The position numbers and the translations under genes were made by a program. Below the pieces are notes generated by a model. The model was not told where the DNA came from, made no database searches, and was given only the letters and a program-made list of their open reading frames with translations. From contig NC_007517.1 in assembly GCF_000012925.1 (NCBI RefSeq), forward strand, positions 2,190,001 to 2,222,000: DNA of 32,000 nucleotides. The letters run 5' to 3'. Of this stretch, positions 9,635 to 17,153 are shown piece after piece. The first letter of the stretch is position 1; the number at the start of each line of letters is the position of its first letter. The stretch comes from Geobacter metallireducens GS-15. GTDB taxonomy: Bacteria; Desulfobacterota; Desulfuromonadia; Geobacterales; Geobacteraceae.

Positions 9635-11004
9635 TGGCGGGCATCGGCTTCGAACTGCGCAAACTGCTCAAACGCGACACCTTTTTTTCACTGCTGCAGA
9701 CCTATGGCTATGCCGGGATTATCAGCTCCGGCCCCTGGGTGCTCTCCATCTTCGCAGTGATGTTGATTGGCTTCATTTCGCTGCCGGTCGTCATCCCGCC
9801 AGTTCTGGTATCGCAGTTCCAGACATCCATCACGTACCTGATCGCCCTTTCCCTGATCTATACGGGCTTGTTCCAACTGGCCTTCACCCGCTATTCGGCC
9901 GACAGAATCTTTGAAAAGGAACACTTCAGACTGCTTCCCAATCTGAACGGCCTGCTCCTCTTGGTGACCACTGTCGGAGGTCTGGTTTCCTTCCCCCTGG
10001 CCATCGTGCTGTTCCCCCAGACATCGCTGATCTACCGCCTTCTCTTCGCAACCACCTTTGTTACGGTCTCCTGCGTCTGGATGGCCGCCATTCTTCTTTC
10101 AGGCCTGAAAGCCTACAAGACAATACTGTATAATTTCGCCCTCGGCTATGGTACCGCGCTGTTTCTTGCTTTTTTCCTGCGGACCTGGAAGCTGGAAGGA
10201 CTGTTGCTGGCATTCCTGACCGGCCAGTTTGTGCTCCTCAAAGGGATGCTGTTTGTAATTTTCCGCAACTACCCGTCACGCACCTTCGTGGAGTTCGATT
10301 TTCTGCGCAAGCGGCGAGTGCATTACTCCCTGATGCTTACCGGCTTCTTCTACAACCTGGCGATTTGGGCCGATAAATTTGTTTTCTGGTTTCACCCCTA
10401 TACCGGCAGCAACGTGATCGGCCCCCTGCACGCTTCGGAAATATATGATTTTCCGATATTCCTCGCCTATCTTTCAATTCTGCCCGGCATGGCCGTGTTC
10501 CTGGTGCGGATGGAAACCGATTTCGTCGAGTATTATGATCGGTTCTATGATTCGGTTCGCGAAGGGGGATCACTGACCACCATACAGGCTATGAAGAATG
10601 AAATGGTACACACGGCACGGGAAGGGATCTACGACATCATCAAGGTCCAGTCCATCGCCACCATCATCATATTCCTCTTTGGCCCCGCCATGCTCTCCCT
10701 GGCGGGAATCTCGCTGGTTTACGTGCCGTTGCTTAACATCGACGTGGTTTCTACCGGTCTGCAGGTGGTTCTGCTGGGGCTCATCAACATCTATTTCTAT
10801 CTTGACCGGCGAGAACGCGCCCTGCTCCTGACAGTACTGTTTGCCACCCTGAATTTCATTCTATCAATCATATCCATCAACCTCGGCCCGTACTTTTACG
10901 GCTATGGTTTTGCCGGTTCGCTGTGCATAACGATCATGTGCGGCATGTTCCTGCTGGACCGGGATCTGGACACATTGGAGTACAAGACCTTCATGCTGCA
11001 ATAG
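9634..11004 (+). CDS. pelG: PelG-like polytopic inner-membrane exporter (MOP/PST-like)
   Basis: 456 aa, the same length as P. aeruginosa PelG. The N-terminus MAGIGFELRKLLKRDTFFSLLQTYGYAGIISSGPWVLSI is the PelG signature. About 12 hydrophobic segments. The start overlaps the pelF stop (TGATG at 9632-9636). Confidence 0.9.
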   Translation: MAGIGFELRKLLKRDTFFSLLQTYGYAGIISSGPWVLSIFAVMLIGFISLPVVIPPVLVSQFQTSITYLIALSLIYTGLFQLAFTRYSADRIFEKEHFRLLPNLNGLLLLVTTVGGLVSFPLAIVLFPQTSLIYRLLFATTFVTVSCVWMAAILLSGLKAYKTILYNFALGYGTALFLAFFLRTWKLEGLLLAFLTGQFVLLKGMLFVIFRNYPSRTFVEFDFLRKRRVHYSLMLTGFFYNLAIWADKFVFWFHPYTGSNVIGPLHASEIYDFPIFLAYLSILPGMAVFLVRMETDFVEYYDRFYDSVREGGSLTTIQAMKNEMVHTAREGIYDIIKVQSIATIIIFLFGPAMLSLAGISLVYVPLLNIDVVSTGLQVVLLGLINIYFYLDRRERALLLTVLFATLNFILSIISINLGPYFYGYGFAGSLCITIMCGMFLLDRDLDTLEYKTFMLQ

Positions 11005-11108
11005 CTTTTCTGGAAGGTCTGAGCTTTGGCCTGCGGCTTGATGTCAGGACCGCCCACAGGTTTAATAAGTTCCTTGACAGGGAAGTGCGACTCATTGTTA
11101 ATAGGGAA

Positions 11109-12590
11109 ATGACTACGAGATACAGGAAACGAGAAGATAATAGAAACCATCGGACCGCCACCGGCCAAACGGTAACACTCACCATCACCGGTTTTGACGA
11201 TGAAGGATTCGGAACGACATCCCACGAAGGGAAAAAAGTCCTCGTGGCAGGTGCCCTCCCTGGTGAAACGGTCAGCATCAGGGTAACTCACAACGGACCA
11301 CGGACCATGTTCGGGGAGGCAATCACCATACTCTCCCCTTCCCCCGACCGCATGGCGTCTCCTTCATGCACCACCTCCGCCTGCAGCAACTGTCCTCTCA
11401 TATCCATGAACTATGGGGCACAGCTTACCCTGAAACGCAGCCTCGTCGAAAAGGAGATCCGCTCCTTCGCCTCGCTGCGCGCAGTCCCCATAGACGATGT
11501 CATTTCCTCTCCCCGCCCCCTACAGTACCGAAACTCCGCAAAGCTTGTTGTGGCGGGAACCTTCAAATCTCCAATCATCGGCATCTATCGGCGCAACAGC
11601 CACAACGTGGTCGATATCAGTGCCTGCCCCCTTCACAACCCACTCATCAATCGGGTGGTGGCTGCCGCGAAGGAAGGAATACGAAAGGGGAAGGTGCCGG
11701 TTTACAATCCCCGCACCGACACCGGCATCCTCCGCTACCTTGTGGTGAGGGTTTCCGAACACACTGGCCGGGCCATGGCCGTCTTCGTCACTGCCCAGAG
11801 AAGTTACAATGAGATTCACCATCTCGCCAAGTTCGTAAGGCAGGCGGTCCCGGAACTGGATGTGGCGGTTCAGAACGTGAACACCTCCGAAGGGAATGTC
11901 ATCCTCGCCCCCCATGACCACTTCCTGACCAAAGACCATGCCATCATTGAAGAGCTTGCCGGGATCCGTTTTTCCATCTCGCCCCGCTCGTTTTTCCAGG
12001 TGAACAGCGGCAGCGCCCGCATCATCTACGAAAAGGTCCGGGAATGGAGCGCCTTGACCGGCAATGAGAAGGTCGTTGATCTCTATTGCGGCATCGGGGG
12101 GATTTCACTCTTCCTGGCCCCCGGCGCACAGGAGGTTCACGGCATAGAGTACGTGGATGCGGCGGTAGCCGATGCGGAACGAAACGCGCGCCTCAACGGG
12201 ATTCGCAACTGTTCCTTCGAGGCGGGTGATGCGGCAGAACTTCTGGAAGAGTTGGTGGAAGAAGGGACTGAACCCGACGTGGTCATCTTTAACCCGCCAC
12301 GCAAGGGGTGCGATCGCCGGGTGCTTGAGGCTGCCGTTAACTCAGGCCCTGGCCGGATGATCTATGTCTCCTGCTCCCCCGCCACCCTGGCCCGCGACCT
12401 CGACATCCTCGCGGGGCTCGGCTACCAGACACGGGAGATCCAGCCCGTGGACATGTTCCCCCAGACTCCTCACATTGAAAATGTGGCTCTTCTCGTCGAT
12501 GCCCGTCACGCGCGGGATGACCACGGAAAAACAACGTCCCCCCAAGGTCGGCAACATTTCACGCACAAAAGAAGAGGGGCATCCGCCTGA
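11109..12590 (+). CDS. rlmD: 23S rRNA (uracil-C5)-methyltransferase, RlmD/RumA type (TRAM, Fe-S Cys cluster, SAM-MTase)
   Basis: TRAM-like N-terminus (TVTLTITGFDDEGFGTTSHEGKKVLVAGALPGETVSIRV). Cys cluster CTTSACSNCPL...C. SAM motif VVDLYCGIGGISL. Catalytic region YVSCSPATLARD and FPQTPHIENV. The ORF-track start at 10923 overlaps pelG and is rejected in favour of ATG 11109. Confidence 0.8.
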   Translation: MTTRYRKREDNRNHRTATGQTVTLTITGFDDEGFGTTSHEGKKVLVAGALPGETVSIRVTHNGPRTMFGEAITILSPSPDRMASPSCTTSACSNCPLISMNYGAQLTLKRSLVEKEIRSFASLRAVPIDDVISSPRPLQYRNSAKLVVAGTFKSPIIGIYRRNSHNVVDISACPLHNPLINRVVAAAKEGIRKGKVPVYNPRTDTGILRYLVVRVSEHTGRAMAVFVTAQRSYNEIHHLAKFVRQAVPELDVAVQNVNTSEGNVILAPHDHFLTKDHAIIEELAGIRFSISPRSFFQVNSGSARIIYEKVREWSALTGNEKVVDLYCGIGGISLFLAPGAQEVHGIEYVDAAVADAERNARLNGIRNCSFEAGDAAELLEELVEEGTEPDVVIFNPPRKGCDRRVLEAAVNSGPGRMIYVSCSPATLARDLDILAGLGYQTREIQPVDMFPQTPHIENVALLVDARHARDDHGKTTSPQGRQHFTHKRRGASA

Positions 12591-12604
12591 ACGGGTGCCC
12601 CTCT
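12565..12604 (-). terminator. Intrinsic terminator for the minus-strand dehydrogenase gene (overlaps the rlmD 3' end)
   Basis: 9-bp stem AGAGGGGCA (12573-12581) / TGCCCCTCT (12596-12604). On the minus strand the hairpin is followed by TCTTTTGTG. The genes on either side are convergent. Confidence 0.5.
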
Positions 12605-12630
12605 CTCCACCTGACTATCGTGCCTGGTAA

Positions 12631-13497
12631 CTATTTTCTCAGGACCTTGACCACTGAGGAAAAGTCCTCTTCGCCGCGGCCATCCTTGACCCCCTGCTCA
12701 TACGTCTTGCACGCCACCATGGCGGCCGGCAGATCCAGACCCAATTTCTGAGACTTTTCGAGCACCAGTTCCAGCTGTTCGTGAACGTACTTGAGGGCCA
12801 GGTTACGGGTAAAATCTCCCCTGGCAATGACGCGCCCCTTGGAGTGGAACAGGGGGGAGGCAACACCACCGGAATCGAGCACTTCGAGAATCTTATCAAC
12901 GTTGAAACCCATCTTCTCGCCGAAGACAATGGCTTCAGCCAGAGTCTCCATCAACTCGGCCTGAACCAGGTTAACGACGAATTTCATCCGGGTAGCGTCA
13001 CCGATGGATCCGACATGGATGATGTTGAGTCCGAAGAACGAGAAGAGTTCACGGCACCGACCGAGAAGCGACGGATCCCCGCCGGCGAGAATCGTGAGGA
13101 GCCCATTGGCTGCGTGTTCCTTGGTCCCCCAGACCGGAGCATCAAGGAACATGACACGGTGCTTTGCGGCCTCTTCGGCCATTTCCTTCGTGCTCTCAAG
13201 GGAATGGGTTCCCATGTCAACGAGGATCGTGCCGGGGTCGATCCCCGCGAAAATGCCGTCTTCCCCGTAAATGTCAGGCTTTAGCCGCTCCTTCTCGGGA
13301 CGGATGTAGATGACAATATCTTGCCCCTTGGCAGCCTCCCGCGGCGTTCCGGCTCCGAGGGCTCCCTGCTTGACAAGTTCTGCAACGACTTCGGGATCCG
13401 AGTCGTAAACCGTAAGAGTGTAGCTTCCCTTGAGAAGATTGATGGCCATGTGCCGGCCGACGGTACCCAGACCCAAGAAACCGACATTTTTCAACAT
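12631..13497 (-). CDS. NAD(P)-dependent beta-hydroxyacid dehydrogenase (HIBADH / 6PGDH-NAD-binding family)
   Basis: Rossmann motif MLKNVGFLGLGTVGRHMA. Family-typical DAPVWGT, a Lys-containing mid region and a helical C-terminal domain. Start set at ATG 13497, preceded by AGGAGG (13503-13508) rather than the ORF-track start at 13530. Confidence 0.8.
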   Translation of the reverse strand: MLKNVGFLGLGTVGRHMAINLLKGSYTLTVYDSDPEVVAELVKQGALGAGTPREAAKGQDIVIYIRPEKERLKPDIYGEDGIFAGIDPGTILVDMGTHSLESTKEMAEEAAKHRVMFLDAPVWGTKEHAANGLLTILAGGDPSLLGRCRELFSFFGLNIIHVGSIGDATRMKFVVNLVQAELMETLAEAIVFGEKMGFNVDKILEVLDSGGVASPLFHSKGRVIARGDFTRNLALKYVHEQLELVLEKSQKLGLDLPAAMVACKTYEQGVKDGRGEEDFSSVVKVLRK

Positions 13498-13547
13498 TGC
13501 ATGCCTCCTGAATTTACAGTAAGTAATCACATCTCCGAACGGTGTTA

Positions 13548-13576
13548 ATAGTACAATGTGTTTGTCTCTTGTACAA
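13548..13576 (-). promoter_or_regulatory. Sigma-70-like promoter for the dehydrogenase gene
   Basis: The minus strand reads TTGTAC-N17-TACTAT (-35 at 13576-13571, -10 at 13553-13548), about 45 nt upstream of the start codon. Confidence 0.4.
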
Positions 13577-13608
13577 TAGAAGAGTTTAAAAAAATAACAC
13601 CGTTTGCT

Positions 13609-14265
13609 TTATCGCGATTTTGTCACGCCTACTCTGTCACAGAAACAAACAAGCACACAGGTGGAGCAACGGGGCGAAACAGGCGTACACTGGTTCTGGC
13701 CAAAAGTGACGAGGTAATCGTTGATTACGGGCCAGTACTTTTGGGGAAGCTTGGCGCGAAGCGCAAACTCCGTCTCCGCCGGCGTCTTCGTGCTGGTGTA
13801 TCCCCACCGGTTACAAATGCGGTGGACATGGGTATCGACACAAATGGCCAGTTTACCGAAACCAAGAGTCAGAACCAGGTTCGCTGTCTTGCGCCCTACC
13901 CCCCTGAAAGTCAGCAGTTCATCCAGATCATCGGGAACCTGTCCGTCGTATTTATCCACGAGGGTTCTGCAGATATCGAGAATCTGGGCTGCCTTGTTTC
14001 GATAAAATCCCACAGGGTAAATGGCCTGTTCAATCGCATCCGAGGAGAGAAAAAGCATCTTCGCCGGGGTATCGGCCAGGCCAAAGAGTCGTTCCGATGC
14101 CGGACCGGTGGTCCTGTCCTGGGTACGAAGAGAAAGGATGCAGGAGACTAGGACCTTGAAGGGATTTCCCTCCCGCTGCGAGACGATGGTAACTGCGGGG
14201 GACGGCCACGATTTCACAGCCTCCGCCAGGAGAGCCATGGCCTCATGGATATCGCTGTCTTTCAC
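13609..14265 (-). CDS. nth: Endonuclease III (HhH-GPD DNA glycosylase with 4Fe-4S cluster)
   Basis: HhH-GPD region LLTFRGVGRKTANLVL. C-terminal Cys cluster CTPVSPRCSTCVLVCFC. A GTG start at 14265 overlaps the stop of the upstream small ORF (GTGA) and gives a typical ~218 aa. The ATG at 14370 would overlap that ORF by 109 nt, and ATG 14241 is also possible. Confidence 0.8.
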   Translation of the reverse strand: MKDSDIHEAMALLAEAVKSWPSPAVTIVSQREGNPFKVLVSCILSLRTQDRTTGPASERLFGLADTPAKMLFLSSDAIEQAIYPVGFYRNKAAQILDICRTLVDKYDGQVPDDLDELLTFRGVGRKTANLVLTLGFGKLAICVDTHVHRICNRWGYTSTKTPAETEFALRAKLPQKYWPVINDYLVTFGQNQCTPVSPRCSTCVLVCFCDRVGVTKSR

Positions 14266-14492
14266 GACAGGCCCCGGTTCCTGAAAATGCGCATAAAGAG
14301 GACCCCCATGACGGAGAGGCTGATACCCACGCAGAAGAAAAGATAACCGAGACTCCGCCCTTCGCCCCATCCGAGGACATCACTGCCGTGCATGAAAACA
14401 ATCAGATAGAGTCCGATGAAGGTAAGTATGCCGCCGATTATATAGAGCGCCATTGCTGCGATTCCCAGGGCGAGCCCTTGATTTTTTGCCAT
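14262..14492 (-). CDS. Small two-TM membrane protein (hypothetical)
   Basis: 76 aa with two clear hydrophobic helices. Good RBS (GGAGAGGA) 6-13 nt upstream of the ATG on the minus strand. Translationally coupled to nth. Confidence 0.55.
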   Translation of the reverse strand: MAKNQGLALGIAAMALYIIGGILTFIGLYLIVFMHGSDVLGWGEGRSLGYLFFCVGISLSVMGVLFMRIFRNRGLS

Positions 14493-14696
14493 GATTAAAT
14501 CCTCTCCAGTGGTGTTCAGCGGATGTTACCGTTGAAAAATGCCCCTGAAGCATCCGCTGTGGTAGAAAATACTACCGAAAGCGCCAAGTCATGGCAACCG
14601 CTATCTCTCTGTTGAAGCCGAAATAGTATGCTTCAGCTTGCAATCGACAGAGGAGCATGGTTTATTCTCTGATAACCTCATCACAGAGAAGAACTA

Positions 14697-15578
14697 ATGA
14701 TGTCAACAATCGATCTCCATGTTCACTCAAACTATTCCGATGGCATCCACCCCCCGGCAGACTTGGTCAAGATGGCCGCAGAGCGAGGCCTGGTCGCCAT
14801 CGCCATTGCTGACCACGACACGGTGGATGGCATCGACGAAGCGCTGATCGCCGGCGCACGCCTAGGCGTGGAGGTAGTTCCCGCGGTTGAACTTTCGGCC
14901 GAACACGGCCGTTATCGCGATATGCACATCCTGGGGTATCACCTTGATCACCGCGATCCCCGTCTCGTGGACATGCTTGCAGAATTCAGGATAAACCGTG
15001 AGATTAGGGGACGGGCCATCGTCGACAAGATAAACCAACGGCTTGCTGATGGGCGGAAACCGCTCCTCTCCTACGATGAAGTGCTCAATTTGGCAGAGGG
15101 CGCAGTCGGTAGGCCCCACATCGGCAGGATGCTCATTGAACGCGGCTACGCCAGGAATATGGAGGACGCATTCCGCAGGTATCTCATCCCATGTAATGTC
15201 CCAAAGCGCTATATTCCCGCCGGGGACGCCATCACGGAAATCAGGAGGGCCGGAGGCGTGGCGGTTCTGGCTCACCCGATAACCGTCAGCGACGACAGGC
15301 AGGTGCTCCGCGGAATCGTATCGGAGCTTGTCGCACTAGGTCTTGATGGCATTGAAGTGTTCAACAACATGTGCTACAAGGACGACATGCTTTTCCTGGA
15401 ATTTTTGTGCAGGGAATCCGGCCTTCTCATGACCGGCGGCTCAGACTTTCACGGATTTGAGGATGATGTGGAAATCGGTAGTGGTCGAGGGGGACTCGCG
15501 GTTTCACATCGGCTTGCGGAAGCAGTAAAAAATCTGGCGGAATCACGGAGGATCACTCCACCGGGAAGCCGTACCTGA
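14697..15578 (+). CDS. PHP-domain phosphoesterase (TrpH/YciV-like)
   Basis: PHP motifs are present: DLHVHSNYSDG, IADHDTVDG, AHP, and GGSDFHG near the C-terminus. Confidence 0.85.
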   Translation: MMSTIDLHVHSNYSDGIHPPADLVKMAAERGLVAIAIADHDTVDGIDEALIAGARLGVEVVPAVELSAEHGRYRDMHILGYHLDHRDPRLVDMLAEFRINREIRGRAIVDKINQRLADGRKPLLSYDEVLNLAEGAVGRPHIGRMLIERGYARNMEDAFRRYLIPCNVPKRYIPAGDAITEIRRAGGVAVLAHPITVSDDRQVLRGIVSELVALGLDGIEVFNNMCYKDDMLFLEFLCRESGLLMTGGSDFHGFEDDVEIGSGRGGLAVSHRLAEAVKNLAESRRITPPGSRT

Positions 15579-15589
15579 AAGAATCCGAT

Positions 15590-15796
15590 ATGGCCGACGC
15601 GCGGGAAACCCTGGAAATGATGCGAGAGGTGGCACGGACAAGAATTTCCATGCTGCGTGACGGTATAACCTTCTACGACAATGAGCGGCGCAGCTACTAT
15701 CTCCGGCAGTACGAAGAAAAATTGGCGCAGATTGAGCACCTGATCCGCCGCATCAGCATCAGGCTCGTCGAGCCCTCAACCGAAGAAACACCCTGA
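15590..15796 (+). CDS. Small hypothetical protein (68 aa, helical, charged)
   Basis: The ORF starts 12 nt after the PHP gene on the same strand. I recognise no family. Confidence 0.4.
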   Translation: MADARETLEMMREVARTRISMLRDGITFYDNERRSYYLRQYEEKLAQIEHLIRRISIRLVEPSTEETP

Positions 15797-15809
15797 CAAT
15801 CTCTCCCCA

Positions 15810-15817
15810 TAAAAAAA
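15810..15817. repeat. Target-site duplication TAAAAAAA of IS-A (partner copy at 17144-17151)
   Basis: Identical 8-mers lie immediately outside the two inverted repeats of IS-A. Confidence 0.8.
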
Positions 15818-17143
15818 GGTTCTTCAGGGAATTCCGGGGAAGATTAATAAACAACAACGGCAGCACTGCGGTATCTTGATGGTTCCCCAACCAAAAAAGA
15901 TCGCAGGAGGCTGCCGTTGTCGTATTCCGATGTTATCGCAATTGCGGGAGGGTGGGAAGGATATCGTGTTGCTGGGACACGCACTATCGTCACAGGTGAT
16001 GCCAAACGGATCGAGGTAGAACTGATTGCCCTGTCCCAGGATGAGATGGTGTGTGGCTCGTGCGGCGGGCGTTGCACAAGCGTCCATGAAACGACCAAGC
16101 GCGTAATTCGAGATTTGCCGATTCTCGATGCTCAGACTTATCTGATCGTTCACCGCCGCAGGCTGCTGTGCCCTCAGTGTGGGCCAACGCTGGAGCGTCT
16201 GTCATGGCTGGCGAAATACGCCCGCGTGACGCGCAGGCTTGCAGAGAGCGTAGCGCGACTGTGTGGTGTCGTGTCTGTGAAGCACGTGGCGCAGTATCTG
16301 GGGCTTTCTTGGGACCAGGTGAAGGAAATCGACAAGCGCTCACTCACAGAGCGGGTCGGCACCGTCGACCTCTCAAACATCGAAGTTCTCGGGATGGATG
16401 AGTTCGCCCTTCACAAGGGGCACCGCTATGCGACGGTTATCATCGAGCCATACCGTAAGGAAGTCTTATGGATCGGCAAAGGCAGGAGTCGCGAGAGTAT
16501 CCGTCCTTTCTTCACGCAGCTTGGCCCACATGGCTGTAAACGGCTCAAAGCGGTCGTGATGGATATGAACGCATCATATGAGGAGGAAATCAAGCAGCAC
16601 TCGCCCCAGGCAGACATAGTCTACGACCTGTTCCATGTGGTGGCGAAGTATGGCAGGGAAGTGATCGACAGGGTGCGAGTCGATGAGGCAAACCGCCTGA
16701 AGGAAGACAAGAAGGCACGGAAGGTAGTCAAAACATCGCGGTGGTTGCTGCTACGAAACAGCGAGAACGTCAAGGGCGACGACATGCTTCGCCTCCAGGA
16801 ACTGTTGGAGGCAAACCGCAGCCTCCTTACGGTCTACCTGCTCAAAGACGATCTGAAGCAACTGTGGAAGTTTACCTGCATTGAAGAGGCGGGACTATTC
16901 TGGGAGCAGTGGCACCAAAGGGCGATGGAGAGTGGAATACCGCCACTCATCCTGTTTGCCCGCCGGCTAAAGGGCTATCTCCAAGGAATCCTCAACCACT
17001 GCCTCTGGCCCCTTCACACCGGAATCCTCGAAGGCATCAATAACAAGATCAAGGTGATCAAAAGAATGGCCTACGGCTTCCGGGATCACGAATACTTCTT
17101 TCTCAAGATCAGAGCCGCTTTCCCCGGAATTCCCGGATGAACC
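15818..17143 (+). mobile_element. ISL3-family insertion sequence, IS-A (1326 bp)
   Basis: IRL GGTTCTTCAGGGAATTCCGGGGAA (15818-15841) matches the reverse complement of 17120-17143 (GGTTCATCCGGGAATTCCGGGGAA) at 22 of 24 positions. Perfect 8-bp TSD TAAAAAAA. It carries a single ISL3-type transposase whose stop lies inside the IRR. Confidence 0.85.
15917..17140 (+). CDS. ISL3-family transposase (IS-A)
   Basis: 407 aa. N-terminal zinc-finger pairs CGSCGGRC...CPQCG. DDE region DEFALHKGHRYATVI...VVMDMNASY...LEGINNKIKVIKRMAYGFRD. TTG start 6 nt after AGGAGG (15905-15910). Confidence 0.9.
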   Translation: MSYSDVIAIAGGWEGYRVAGTRTIVTGDAKRIEVELIALSQDEMVCGSCGGRCTSVHETTKRVIRDLPILDAQTYLIVHRRRLLCPQCGPTLERLSWLAKYARVTRRLAESVARLCGVVSVKHVAQYLGLSWDQVKEIDKRSLTERVGTVDLSNIEVLGMDEFALHKGHRYATVIIEPYRKEVLWIGKGRSRESIRPFFTQLGPHGCKRLKAVVMDMNASYEEEIKQHSPQADIVYDLFHVVAKYGREVIDRVRVDEANRLKEDKKARKVVKTSRWLLLRNSENVKGDDMLRLQELLEANRSLLTVYLLKDDLKQLWKFTCIEEAGLFWEQWHQRAMESGIPPLILFARRLKGYLQGILNHCLWPLHTGILEGINNKIKVIKRMAYGFRDHEYFFLKIRAAFPGIPG

Positions 17144-17145
17144 TA

Positions 17146-17153
17146 AAAAAAGG
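17146..17153. repeat. Target-site duplication AAAAAAGG of IS-B (partner copy at 18526-18533)
   Basis: Identical 8-mers flank IS-B when its ends are placed at 17154 and 18525. This copy overlaps the right TSD of IS-A by 6 nt. Confidence 0.75.

Noticed and set aside
10923-11108. N-terminal extension of the rlmD ORF given in the ORF track (start 10923)
   Set aside because: It would overlap the 3' end of pelG by 82 nt in another frame. The extension has no similarity to the RlmD N-terminus. ATG 11109 precedes the conserved TRAM domain directly.
14657-14812. 52-codon ORF preceded by AGGAG and overlapping the PHP gene start in another frame
   Set aside because: It is out of frame with a well-supported PHP-domain gene and has no recognisable product. 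The AGGAG is probably coincidental, and the ORF is too short to support.
15824-16153. 109-aa minus-strand ORF at the left end of IS-A
   Set aside because: It is antisense to the ISL3 transposase N-terminus. ISL3 elements are single-ORF, and there is no RBS or motif.
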